From Clarias gariepinus (Eukaryota): a DNA stretch of 64,000 nt. Under the pieces are notes generated by a model. The model had not been told where the DNA came from, ran no database searches, and saw only the letters and a program-made list of their open reading frames with translations. A program made the translations under genes and the position numbers. Location: assembly GCF_024256425.1 (NCBI RefSeq), contig NC_071110.1, forward strand, positions 2,316,274 to 2,380,273. The letters are read 5' to 3'. Below, in pieces: positions 37,274 through 50,267 of the stretch (position 1 is the first letter of the stretch; every line of letters starts with the position of its first letter).

Positions 37274-37458
37274 CTGTTAGGGCACACACACACACACACA
37301 CACACACACATGCAAAGAAACATTTAAGACTCAAAAAAAAAAAGAAGAGTGTTTGTGTTTAATAGTTGTTTTTTTTTAAAGAGCTTTCTTGGCATGATTT
37401 TAAAGTCACAGGAAAAGCAAGAAGAGGAGGGTGTTTTTCTATAAGTTGATTCTCTTAC

Positions 37459-37554
37459 CTTTATGAAGTCCATGGATCGTTTCAGGTCCTGAACACTTTC
37501 TCTTCTCTTCTTTATTCTCTGCTCAAATCCCCCTAGCTTTTTCTTCAGCTCTTT
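37459..37554 (-). CDS. finTRIM-like gene C, exon 2 (96 nt). It encodes KELKKKLGGFEQRIKKRRESVQDLKRSMDFIK.
   Basis: The acceptor is ttttag|AAAGAG and the donor is ATAAAG|gtaaga. The exon is exactly 96 nt with no stops. Confidence 0.7.
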
Positions 37555-39170
37555 CTAAAAGAAAATTAAATCATTTTAATTATTTCAGTATCAGAAAATC
37601 AGTTGGTCATTATTATCAGCCAATAAAAAAAGGGTTCACTCATGTTCTAGGTGACTTTAAATGTGAATACCTGTTAAAGTTTCACCTCTCTATGTGTACT
37701 GTGCAAAAGTCTTAAGCCATCATACACCGTACACAAGTACCCGACGGTAACCCACCAAACACGGGGAGAACATGCAAACTCCATGCACACGAAGACGGGA
37801 ATCGAATCTAGCCGGGAAAGCCACCCATCTATTCATATTAAATATAATTAAATAAATTTAGACTAAATAAAAAAAATGGGAACAAAGTTTCTACTGTGAC
37901 AGACTGCAAAGTGCCCACAGTATAAACAATATACAGTACAGTGGAACTTTTTCTTTTCTTATTTGAGTTTTTTACAGAAAATTTAAGGAAGTGTGTATGT
38001 GTGAGAAAAATGTGTCTGAATAATAATGAGATGAATAAATGAATGATAAATGAAATGTCTCTGATGAGCGAGCCAAGGGTGACGGCGACAGTGGCAAGGA
38101 AAAACTCCCTGAGATTGCAATAGGAAGAAACCGTGAGAGGAACCAGATTCAACAGGGAACCCATCCTCATCTGGGTGATAACAGATAGAAAGTAAAAATA
38201 AAACAAATTAACCTGCACTTTATCTTTAAAAATAAATGCTACAGAGCAGTGTTTCTGTGTAGAGCAGAGAGTGTGTATGTGTGTGTCGAGAGGAGGAGGG
38301 GTGTGTGTGTGTGTGTGAAGGGGCACGGTGTCTAATGATAAGCGAGAAAATAGATCTTTAATCTCTTTTGCTTTCTTTTTGCTTTACATGCGCACACACT
38401 TGTGTTATAATAAACAGTACACGCATGCTGTACACACACGCATACAAACACAAAACAAAATATGTTTTACACGCGCACATGTGGTCACAGGGTTATAGTA
38501 AACAGTAAACAGAGTGAGAGACACGCTCTAAGATCGAACAGAGGAGACGATTACCCACAATTCCGCAGCGCAAGAGAGAGAAAAACCGTTGGCTGTGTTG
38601 TGATCACGTGATGCTCGATGTCAAAACAAGAAGCGCATGCGTGATGCATGATACTCGGTACTCGTAAACGCAGACTTGTTCATTTTTCAAGTCAAAATTT
38701 AATAAAAATGGTGCAGAACATTCGCAAACCGTGTTACCCATAATGCGCGAGTCCACTGATTGTATATTGTAACTAGTTTTGGTTTTGTTTGAATGTGTTA
38801 TCTTGAAGAAATAACAACTTTTACATTACATTAAAATAGACCAGAATTATTCATTGTACTGAAACACAACATGAATTCAATTGCATTCAGACATAAAAAT
38901 CTTATCTTTTATCTACATGAGTTATGAAACAAATGATACTTGTAAGAAAGACCACACCCAAAGCTGAGTTCTTCCTTTTTACTCGCCAATGAACTTATCT
39001 AAAAATGAATCTCCATGTTCCTTTCTCTACCACACGACTGCTCTGACCTGTTTTATACTTTCTGACCAACAAACCTCTTCTAACAAAAATTCCCCTTACA
39101 GTGAGTGACTAAAAAAGGAACTACTATATTATTACTTACTTAAAAAAGTATAATGATTACAAGTTCTCAC

Positions 39171-39770
39171 CTCTTTTTCAGTTCTTTCTACTTTAGCTAA
39201 AACTGTATCATGATCTGTATGTCCATCCATTTTACACAAGTAACAGATGAAGCTTTGGTCAGTACAACAGTAGATGTCAATTAGTTTGTCGTGCTGAGAG
39301 CAGATCTTCTCTTGGAGATCTGCACAGGCTTCCACTAACTTGTGTTTCTTAAAGGCAGGAGACTGATAGTGAGGTTCAAGATGATCTTCACAATAAGAGG
39401 CCAGACACACCAGACAGGAATTAACAGCTTTGCGTTTTCTTCCAATGCAGGAATCACACTCCACATCTCCAGGTCCAGCGTAAGAGTAAGCAGGAGAAGG
39501 GGCTTGGACTTCAGTCTTCTTTAGTTTCACCACCACTTCAGCCAGAATGTTGTTCCTATGTAGAACAGGCCTTGGGGTAAAAGTCTCTCTACACTGAGGA
39601 CAGCTGTAGACACCCTTCACATCCTCCTGATCCCAGCAGCCATTAATACACACCTTACAGTAACTGTGACCACAGGAATTAGTCACTGGTTCTGTCAGGA
39701 CATCCAGACACACTGGACAGGTGAAGTGATCCACTGACAGCTTATCTACTAAAATATAGTCCTCTGCCAT
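39171..39770 (-). CDS. finTRIM-like gene C, exon 1. It encodes the C3HC4 RING plus B-box1 plus B-box2 and begins MAEDYILVDKLSVDHFTCPVCLDVLTEPVTNSCGHSYCKVCINGCWDQEDVKGVYSCPQCRETF...
   Basis: The 212-aa ORF at 39132-39770 carries canonical RING and B-box Cys/His patterns. The donor is ACTGAAAAAGAG|gtgagaac. Confidence 0.85.
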
Positions 39771-39832
39771 TTTTCTACACTACCACACTGAGAGAACGGT
39801 TCTGTGTTTGAAGGTAAACATAGAGATTGCTG

Positions 39833-39844
39833 AGTTTCGATTTC
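39833..39844 (-). promoter_or_regulatory. ISRE. The sense-strand GAAATCGAAACT is a perfect match to GAAANNGAAACT. It lies 63-74 nt upstream of the gene C ATG.
   Basis: Direct reading. The identical motif is at 57508-57519 upstream of gene D, and GAAAACGAAACT lies upstream of the orphan RING remnant at 32436-32447. Confidence 0.55.
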
Positions 39845-40502
39845 TTGTAAATCCACAGGAAGAAAATTTGTGGTTTTGTAATAAATAGATCTGACTAACT
39901 GAAAATATGTGGGAATTACCCTGTACCCTAAATAGCTTTTATTGATTTTAAAATTGATTGGTTTACAAATAATGCATATATGAATGTGTTTTTATATAAT
40001 CATTGCAATTTGTATGCCTAAAGAATAATTGAAAGCACACAATGATTATGACCATGGGCGTCGCTAGGCCATTTTTAGGGGGGGCTTTAGCCCCCATAAA
40101 ATTTTGTACTCAGCCACCCTTAAAATTCTCCATAAACTTCACACAAGTTGCTGATCGCCCATCGTCCCCTTTAAATTTTGTATGAAAGCAGCGGCAGACT
40201 TCGGCTCCTTCGGCTCCTCCCCGTCTTTCAGCGCGGCCTTTAATTCGCCAACACAGAGGGAGGATTAAGGCAAGGTGTGTGTCTGCATCAGTTCAGTCCT
40301 TTCTCATAAATACAGTTTACTAAATGTCCTGAGGGATTAATCAGTTAAATCCTTGCTATGTCACCCTCATCATACCAGCTGTTTCCTTTAGTGAAAATTA
40401 AGCTCTTAATACATCAGACTCTATGAACCTAAAGTCTACTTTATAAAACAATCATGCCGTTGCAAAACCTTATTTGGAAAACCTAACTGTCTATACAAAA
40501 CA

Positions 40503-43500
40503 TTACACAGTGCTTATGGCATTAACTACCATAGAGTTATGCACATAAATTAATAAAAATAGTGACAGACTATGGGGGGGTCGGCCCGGAGGTCGTGGTG
40601 CTGGGCGGTCCGGCCGTGTCAGGTGGAATTCTGTAATGAGCTCTCTGCTTAGCACATCACGGGCCGGGACCCAGCTGCGCTCCTCCGGTCCATACCCCTC
40701 CCAATCGACCAAGTATTGCAGGGCAACTCCTCTCCTCCAGGAGTCTAGAAGTCTTTTGACTCTGAACGCAGGGGCGCCCGCTATTTCCACAGCCCCGGGG
40801 AGCGAAGGCTCTGCGACGCCTCCGTCCAAGGGCCCCCGCACTACTGGCCTAAGAAGAGACACATGAAAGACAGGGTTAATACGCATATGAGCGGGGAGCT
40901 GTAACTTAAAAGAGACAGGGTTAATGCATGCTACAATGGGAAAGGGGCCGATGTATTTAGGGCAGAGTTTGCGACATGGGAGGTTGAGGGAAAGGTCCTT
41001 TGTCGAGAGCCACACTCGATCGCCTAACTGGAGCGGAGGACTTTCCCTTCGCCGTCTATCGGTGAATTTTTTAAAATGGCGAACTGCTTGGGAGATTTTA
41101 GTGTGCGCATCCTCCCATACTTTTTTCGCTCTTTTGAACCACTGATCCACCATGGGGATATGGGTGGAAGTGGCATCCCATGGACAGAGCGGTGGTTGGT
41201 GCCCCAGTACACATTGAAACGGCGTTAAGCCGGTCGAGGAGTGTTTCAGTGAGTTTTGTGCATATTCCGCCCAGAATAAGCAGTCTGCCCACTCATGTTG
41301 TCGACTACTACAATATGCCCGGAGGTACCTCCTGAGATCCTGACAGCTCTGCCTGTCCATTAGATTTGGGGTGATAACCCGACGTTAGGCTAACAGTTGT
41401 CCCCAACTTCTGGAAGAAAGCTTTACAGACTCTCGCGATGAATTGGGGACCACGATCTGAAACAATGTCCTCCGGAATACCGTAGTAGCGAAACACCGAA
41501 TCGAATAGGGTTTCTGCCACCTGGAGGGCGGTTGGAAGCGAGCTAAATGGGAGAAATCGGCATCCCTTAGAGAAGCGATCTACCACGACTAATATTGTAG
41601 TGTACCCTTTAGACACTGGCAGATCCGTTACAAAATCCACGGCGATGTGGGACCACGGCCTGTTCGGTGTGGGCAGGGGCATTAATTTTCCAACTGGCAA
41701 ACATCGAGGGGTTTTAGTTGTTGCGCAAACAGCACAAGACGAAACTACTGTTTTCACGGTTTCCCGCATGTTTGGCCACCAGAACTTTGGTTCTACAGTA
41801 GGAGATGGTATGTTCTCAAAACTCCGGGGTGTCCTGAAGAAAAGCTGGAATGTGCCTCTATCGTCACTCGTTCTCGAAGTACTCTCGAAGTTCTCGGACG
41901 TAGGTTCGGCCCTGTGGACAACCCCGCGCCACGGGTTGGGAACGCATCGCCTGGGTTATCTCCGAGTCGATATCCCACAGTACCGGAGCCACGACAAGTG
42001 ACGGAGGCAATATGGGTTCAGGATCCGAATTCAGATCCGGCGTCGGGAAACAGCGGGATAGCACATCCGCCTTTATATTTTTAGAACCGGGACGGTACGT
42101 GATGGTAAAATGGAAGCGCGTAAAAAACAGCGCCCATCGGGCTTGACGAGAGTTAAGTCTCTTTGCTTGTTGGAGGTACTCCAGATTCCTGTGATCTGTT
42201 AGTACCACGAATGGGTATTTAGCTCCCTCCAACCAATGCCTCCACTCCTCTAACGCCGCTTTGACTGCTAGCAGTTCGCGATTCCCGATATCATAATTGC
42301 GCTCGGCAGGTGTCAGTTTCCGTGAAAAAAAAGCACAGGGGTAGAGCTTTTCTGGGTGGCCGTGGCGCTGTGACAGCACTGCTCCCAACCCCACCTCCGA
42401 CGCATCGACCTTGACTAAAAAAGGCTTCTCGGGATCAGGCAGTTTTAGAATAGGCGCGGAGGTGAAACCTTGTTTTAGTCGCTGGAAAGCCGTACGTGCT
42501 TCCAGCGAAAACGCGCGTAGCCGTTGTGGTTTTCCCTTTAACAAACCGGTGAGCGGTGCTGCCATCATGCTGAAGCACCTAATAAAGCGCCTATAGAAAT
42601 TAGCAAACCCAAGAAAGCTCTGTAGTGCCTTTACTGACTTGGGTTCCGGCCATTGTTGCACCGCTGTTACCTTGGCTGCATCCATTTCGACCCCCTGTGG
42701 CCCATGTGATAGCCGAGGAATGCGATCTCACTCTTGTGAAATTTGCATTTTTCTGCTTTCACATAGAACCCGTCTTCCCGTAGTAGACGAAGGACGGCGG
42801 TTACATGACGGACGTGTTTAACATATGAGTATATGTTTAACATATGAGTATATTAGAATATCATCTAAATATACTATAACAAAACGGTTCAACATATGCC
42901 GAAACACGTCATTCATGAACCCCTGAAACACCGCAGGTGCATTTACCAGTCCATAAGCCATCACGTTATATTGGTAATGACCTGATGTAGTGCTAAACGC
43001 AGTCTTCCATTCATCACCCTTGCGAACACGAACGAGGTTATAGGCGCTGCGGAGGTTGAGTTTGGAAAATATGGACGCGCCGCGGAGCTGGTCGATAGCG
43101 GCCGGTACCAAGGGCAGAGGGTGCTTATATTTTACTGTGATTGCATTGAGCCCTCGATAATCAATACATGGACGTAGACCCCCGCCTTTTTTTTCGATAA
43201 AAAAGAAACCTGCCGACGCGGGTGACGTGGACCTGCTGATGAGCCCCTGACTGAGAGCCTCAGTCACGTATTCCTCCATGGCCCGAGTTTCTGCCGCGGA
43301 CAATGGATAAATGCGTGAGCAAGGCGGTGTTTTCCCCAGCAAGAGATCAATCGCGCAGTCCCACGGACGGTGAGAGGGAAGTCGTGCGGCTGCCCTAACG
43401 CTAAACACATCTTTAAACGAAGTGTACTCAGATGGCACTGTGGTAGATACCTGGGCGGTCGGGCTTTCAATAGTGGTGGTTTGGACCGTTAACGTGGACG

Positions 43501-44770
43501 GTGTACAGAATTTAGCGCATCTTGGGGCCCAGGAAATGATGCGTGAGCCTGCCCAATCAATATTGGGATTGTGAGAACTGAGCCACGGTAAACCCAGTAC
43601 GACGGCTTGGTCTAGCTGAGGAATCACAAAGAATTTTAATTCCTCCGCATGACCGGGAAATTTTAACCGGAGGGGCACGGAAAGGTTCAACAGGCGAATA
43701 CGCTAAGGTTTTGCCATCTAGAGCCTTAATTGCGATCGGATGCGGAAGCTTCGACACTGGAGCTTGCAGCGAGGAAAGGACAGCAGACGAGACGAAGTTT
43801 CCAGCCGACCCAGAATCTATTAGGGGAAACACAGAGACAGAACGATTATTATATGACAAGGTGGCCTGTAAACAAAAATTGTGGTGTGTGCGAGGTGGAG
43901 TGCGTGTAGTTACTTTAAGTAACGGACAGTTTCGGAGCTGATGTGTACCCCCCCACAGTATAAACATAACCCCGACGACAGCCTTCGGTGCCTCTCCTGG
44001 GCCGACAGGCGGGATGTGCCCACGTCCATGGGCTCCGGCGAGCTCTCCTCGCGCGGCTCGACGGGGGGTTTGCTGTCGACGCGGTTCGGACCCTCCGCTG
44101 GCTCCTTTCGCTGGATAAGGTCTGCGATGTCCGCGGAGGTGCTGGTCCAGCTTAATCGCCAGTTGGATGCTGTCATCTAGCGACAAACCCGCGTCCCTGC
44201 GTGCCAGCTCCAGCTGCAGGTCGGGGTGCAGTCCATCTCTGAACCTGGCAAGTAAGCTCTTGCTGCACCAGCCACTCTCCGCGGTGAGGATCTGAAATTT
44301 CACGGCGTAGTCCGCCACTGTAGATTGTCCTTGTTTCAGCCTCAGCAGTTGTTGTTCCCCCGTCCTTCCGTGGTCAGGATGGTAGAACACCGCGCGAAAC
44401 TCGTGGAGAAACTGGTGGTAACTGGACGTGGTGCTCCTGCCAGCGTTCCATACTGCGGTGGCCCAGTTCAGCTGTTGGATGACAAAACTGACCTTCTTTC
44501 CCTCTGAAAGATCAGGAAAGTCGGCCAGGTAGAGCTCGCAGGCTAGGAGGAATTTCTTGCACCCCTCGGGGTCTCCTGCGTATCTCTCCGGAGGGGCTGC
44601 CCGTGGTGGAGAGCGTGCGGACCGGCGTTGGGGCGTGGCCAGTGGTGAGGTTCTGAACGCCGCGCGCCAGGTCGTTGACTGACCTCGCCAGCACGTCGAT
44701 CTGTCGTTGCTGCCGTCGGACGTAATCGAGGTAGGGGGGTTCATCTTCAGGGAGGGGAGGTCTGTTCATC
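40503..44770 (-). mobile_element. Ty3/Gypsy chromovirus-like LTR retrotransposon internal region (gag-protease-RT-RNaseH-integrase-chromodomain). It is degraded by frameshifts, and no clear LTRs were identified.
   Basis: The ORFs give RT with YLDDILIYS (42818-43690), RNase H (41864-42685), an integrase DDE core (41308-41769) and a C-terminal chromodomain ..LVDWEGYGPEERSWVPARDV.. (40503-41360). A small tandem duplication gtttaacatatgagtata x2 at about 42810-42860 sits in the gap between the RT and RNase H ORFs. The element is CpG-rich compared with the host DNA. Confidence 0.85.
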
Positions 44771-46049
44771 TGTCATGTTTAAGGAGGAAGCGAATGCAAA
44801 TGCAGGGTTAGAAAAAATAACGAGGGTATTCTTTAATGAGTCCAAACAAAAAACACAGAACACAACAAAACTAAACACAATGAATGGGGGAAAAGCTTCC
44901 CCAGGCCGGGTCTGCAGGCAGGAAAATGAAGAGTACTTAGGTCACACCAAACAAACTGGATTTACAGCCTTGCGAGGAACTCAGCGCTGCCTCTTGGTCA
45001 GCCTTGAACTTGAACTTTTCTTCGTGAGAGAACAAAAAAAGGATCTTCCGCCTGCAGACTCCCTCAGTCCTGGGTCAACACAAAAGACACACAATGATTA
45101 GACACAGGGGATAAACAAGACATGGTACAACAGTGAACAGACGAGGGGCTACGGGTTCGACTGGAATAAATAGGGACACACACGGGGTAGACACAGGTGC
45201 AGGTAATCTAGGAATCAAGGAGGACATGTTACACACGCAGACACACTAGGGGGAGACAAAGCGACGGCTCAGTAGACAGGTGAGCCAGATCTTACTCCCC
45301 AGGACTGAGGAGGCTCAGATGTGACACAATGTTTGTCTATGTTAATGAATTTGAATAAATAGCCTAGTAGCTATGAACTTTTAAGGGGTTGAACAGAGAA
45401 CCTACTGTCTTATTTATGTAGCACTAAATTAATCTAGATAACATGATGATCAAAGTTTTAATATTTATATTTAACTGTAAATGTAAGGTTTTTCAGGTCA
45501 CATGAAATAAAAAAAATGTTCTATTCTTACCTGCTGCTCATTTGGAGACCTACTCCCATGTGACCTGAAAAAACCTTCCATCTCCAGTTTTCTGTTCAGT
45601 TCTACAGTTCAGTTCTCTGAAAGCGCAGCCTCTCAGGCACATTAACACTGGGTTCCCAACATTGATTAAAGTCATTGCATCAGAAGATATTTTTTACATT
45701 TTTTTTAATGTGTGCCAGTGTACAACAAAAAGCAGCAGTATTGTCAAAGAATCAACAGATAAATGTTTGGCATTATTGGCCCCCACACAGTTTATTCCAT
45801 TGTCCAGTCTCATGGGTGTGTTGTTTATATTGCTAATAAATGCAAGTTTAAAGTTATATGCTGTTGTCTGGTTACATTTTTCTGATTGTACATGTACATT
45901 GAAAAAGGTTAATACAGTAAACAGTGTGTGTGATCAAGAAGACTCATTTGAGTACTGATTCTGAACAAGCCAAATATGTGTTAAACATCTATGGGGGCTG
46001 AGCCCCCCTTAACTGAAAATCCTAGAAATGCCCCTGTAATCAGTCTCTG

Positions 46050-46050
46050 C

Positions 46051-46081
<31 letters not shown>

Positions 46082-46083
46082 TA
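46050..46083. repeat. (TTTA)n microsatellite.
   Basis: Direct reading. Confidence 0.9.
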
Positions 46084-49000
46084 TATTTTTTTTGTAACTT
46101 CTCAAAGTTCTCTACTAGATTCATCTTTGTGCTGTTATCTTTATGCTGGACCATGAACACACTTCAGTGCCATGAGCCTCCGGGGAATGTGTCACTTCAT
46201 GACATTTTCAAGGGCTTCATCTTGCATAAAAAAGTGTCTGCTGCTTTCATTAATTCATTCATCTGTCATGTAGATGTGGGGGAAAATGTTGCTTAAATGT
46301 AGATTTGTCGACCTGTTTCATGCTCTATATCATCACTTGGGTGGGGTGTTTAAAATAGTGAACTATGCACTCATTACTTATGTAGGCTGTTATCTGACAT
46401 GTACTTGATGATACCCATCACTGAACTCAACCTACACATTAAACATACTTTGGTAAGTAATCAAACATATGCAAATGTAGGCCTGAAAGGTTATTTACAG
46501 CTATAAAGAGTAAAATATTTCCCCTATTAATCCATTATTTAAATTTTTAAGTAAAAAGGTAGCGTTTGGAAATTACTGTAACATTGACCGGTAATACTGT
46601 GCATGTTTCTTTAAGAATGCTGTTCTTGTACAATCAGCTACTAGCGGAGGCTCCCTTATTGGTACACTAGGCTGAGAATTGGGCGTGGACACTAGTAGAG
46701 TGTAAGCGTTTAGCACGTGATGAGTGAGTTCAGGTGTAAACGCGAAAGAGAGTGCTCCTGGTTTAAAAGTGTTTTATATAATTATTTTACAGGTAAACTG
46801 ATGTTAATTAATCTGCAAGTAATGCACAACAGCATTATGTATCATGCAACTGTAGTTTGTACCATTTCCAAAATGTTGAACCTAGTGTTATTTAAGAGTG
46901 CTTGTGCCTAAATCGGCGCTTGTGCCTAAACAATGGCGCTGATAATCTGGGTTAAAGGTCATAATTTTGGCGGGTACAAAAATAAGAAACAAGTGCTTAA
47001 AATACCTCGGCTTAGTCATAAAAGTGGGTAAGGGGTCAATGATAATGAACTGAATTGATGTTTAAGTACATGAATCAGCTTCTAGTGCGTTTTCTTCACT
47101 TTAAAAAAAAAAAGCAAAATAAAATAGTACCAGCTGCAGCAGACAATCAAAAGTGGAAACTGACATCCAATAGTAATTGAAAAACTTGTGCGGAAATTTT
47201 CGCATTTCTTCATAAACCACAAAAAACCTTCCTTCCTTTAATCCGACGTTGTGCAGTCAGAGAGTGAACCCAGTAGCGGCGACGATTTTTTCTTTCCCTG
47301 CGTCGCCGTATTACGAGACTTTTTAAAACAAGAAGATTAATGTCTAATAGAGCAAAATAGTCCATATTAAAAGGAAGCACCTTAAATAAAACAACAAGGG
47401 CTTTCATATCCAGTTCCCGACACTGCGTCCACAGGTTAACACACAAACTACTATTTGGGCTGCAGGCTGGCGTTAGACAGAGACAAACGAACGCCAGTGT
47501 AGAAGTCAATTGAGCGCCACTACAAAACACAACATAAACGTCTAGGACGTCCAGAGCACGTTCGTTTATCCAAAAATTTAACGCCCGTGTGAACAAGGCC
47601 TTAGTCATTTAGTATCTTTCTTTCTATTAATAGGTCGTTCATGAACGATTCGTTGTTTTTGAATGAGTCTTTAACGTGAAGAAGAGTAGATAGAAGAACA
47701 AGTAGACTTGTGATTCATTCGTTTTCTACTGGGGGCACATGCGCAAAGCATCCCAAAACCTCTGTAGGTTATGTACAGTAGTTACCTTTGAGTCTTTGGT
47801 CCGAATCGTTCGTTCTTTTGTCACATTACTCTCATAGACTAGTGATGGGAAGTTTGAATCATTTTAGTGACTCGATTCTTTGAATCTCGTTCATCAAAAT
47901 GAACGAATCTTTTTTTGAGTCATTTAGTTAATTTTGTTCTTTTGATCAGAAATAAAATAAAACATTGCATTTTCAATAGAAAGACTCCCAATACGTCTAC
48001 ATACATTTCATATTTCCATTTTCCAACATTGATAACTGTATAAATCTGTCTCACTGCTCATTTTCAATAAACAGACCCCCAACACATCTACATTAGTAAT
48101 CAGCAATTAATGTAGGAACTTTAAAGGTATTAAAAAATTTATTTACTGCACTTCTAGAATAAAGCTCCTCACCAAGCATGCCACTATGAAATTATACATT
48201 TTAGGAATTTTCTTTATTTTAATTGAATTTTGTTATACCTTACACAATGAACACTTAAAAAGTATTGATTGGGTGTGTTTAATGACTGATGTCTCTTTTA
48301 AAGCCTCAGTAAAGGTTGATAAAAACACAATACATCATAATGCATCAGGATGACTGACTTCACTTGATAATTTTTTTTATTATTAATTATACACGCAGTG
48401 ACACTTATTTAAGGAATTTTCTAGATGTAATATACAAAACAAAAAAGATTCAACCACCATCAGTAGTACAGAAGACACAGCATTTATTATTTATATAATT
48501 TAAGAGACATTGTGCACATTTTTAAACAGTATAAAAATGAAATCTGACATCTAATTTAAAATTTTAATATGCACTTTTATTTACATTTTATTTATAATAA
48601 GTATGATTAATGATGATGATGATAAAAGAACAGTCACTGTAATGCTGTTTCTAGTAAAGTCTGCACTGCATGTTTTATTATACATTATACATTACAGCAT
48701 GTTTTATATACATTTTTATGCATCAAACCTTTCTGCAATACAGTGACCACAGGAACTACTAGACTGTGTGCACAATTGTTACCATTCGATTAGTGGATTA
48801 AGCATAACACGGCTATCCTTTAGGGCAATAATGAGAAGATGTTGATGGATACTTGACACCACAGCAAACCCCCTATTGTTTTAGAGGTAAAAATTAGCAT
48901 GTGTTTTGTTTGAGCTTTGTTTTATGGATCTCTTTTAGGTGGAACAGCAAAATGATTAGACATTTCATCTAAATAACGAAAAAGAAATTGCAAAGCATTA

Positions 49001-49395
49001 CCTTTTATTAAAGACCAGTATCATTACTATATTTGTTTTTCAACATGTTGTATTGGTAATCAAAGTTTCCTTTTGGGGTCTCCGGTTGGTACTCTAAAAA
49101 AAATACTATTTTTATTTTTATTCATTCATTTTTAATACCGCTTATCCTGTACAGTGTTGCAGGGGGCATTTGGGCATGAGACAAGGTGCCAATTTATCAC
49201 AGGACACACAATCTCACACGTTCATTCACTCACTACATGCAGCTTGGGAACGCCAGTTAGCCTAATCTGCATGTCTTTGGACTGTGGGAGGAAACCGGAG
49301 TACCCAAAGGTAACCCACCAATCATGGGAAGAACATGCAAACTCCATGCACACAGACCCCTAGGCAGGAAACAAACCTGACTTTTTTCTGTAAAA

Positions 49396-49466
<71 letters not shown>

Positions 49467-49704
49467 TATGACCAGTTCAGAGGTGTATGAGTGAGGCAGA
49501 AATAAAATCCTTAATTTTAGCCTCTGTTACTCTGTGTCAGTAATTCATACAATTATTATTTCAAATGAGACCATGATGATGAATGTAATGCAAAAAATGT
49601 GGGAACTGTGCTCTTTTTACTTTGGTTATACTATTACTGGATCAAAAAAAATTAAAGGGGTGAAATTTAACAGGTTAAATCTAAGTTTAAGTCATCTTCA
49701 TTTA

Positions 49705-50267
49705 CATAAAAGATGAATCGTCACTATCGTCGACATTTAATTCTGGATCACATAAATTTATATTTGAGTAAAAATAACATATCCTGAACCCAGCGTACAG
49801 AGGCTGAGTGAATGTGGTGTGGACACTGTGGAGTAGACTCATCGTGTCAGAGACGCTGTAAAAGCACAGAGTTCCTGCACTGTGATCCACATACACTCCT
49901 ATTCTGGATGGTGATGGACATTGGAGTTTTATTTCAGTGTTGTTGTGCCAGAAAGATACAGATGTACGATAACACTGCAGATTCCAGGAATGACTGTTGC
50001 CTCCAAACACACCCTCGTCACCCTCTCCTTTCCTCCTGATCTCTTTATATGAGACTGATACGTCCACACCCATACCCTTACACTCTACCTCCCAGTAACA
50101 GCGTCCACACACACTCTCTCGACACAACACCTGAGGCCAGGAGTCAAATCTCTCTGGATGCTGACTGTATTGATGTGCTTCCCTACTGCGTGTCACTGCT
50201 CTGCTCCTCTCAGACAGAATGAGCTGATCGTGTGCTGTGTTGGGATCCAGAGTCAGATAACGAAAAT
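49705..50267 (-). CDS. Intact B30.2 exon of the gene A/B subtype, beginning (D)FRYLTLDPNTAHDQLILSERSRAVTRSREAHQYSQHPERFDSWPQVLCRESVCGRCYWEVECKG. It is the probable true terminal exon of gene D, or a stand-alone spare exon. The stop codon is at 49702-49704.
   Basis: The acceptor is ttttcag|ATTTTCG, phase 1. The 3' flank (48100-49700) and the 5' flank (taatcacaag.. at 50291) are homologous to the flanks of the gene A/B B30.2 exon (6170-9110; 9716-9745). Confidence 0.6.

Noticed and set aside
39980-39996. A TATATAAAA box about 220 bp upstream of the gene C ATG, with an equivalent at 57665-57680 for gene D, as the core promoter
   Set aside because: The surrounding DNA is generally AT-rich, so the motif may be fortuitous. 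It is kept only as a caveat on where the ISRE sits relative to the TSS.
47210-47608. A minus-strand ORF ending ..RRRRERKNRRRYWVHSLTAQRRIKG, reminiscent of the arginine-rich N-terminus of PIF/Harbinger transposases
   Set aside because: The basic stretch lies at the ORF's C-terminus and the ORF stops immediately after it, with no transposase core (DDE) downstream. The resemblance is too weak to call.
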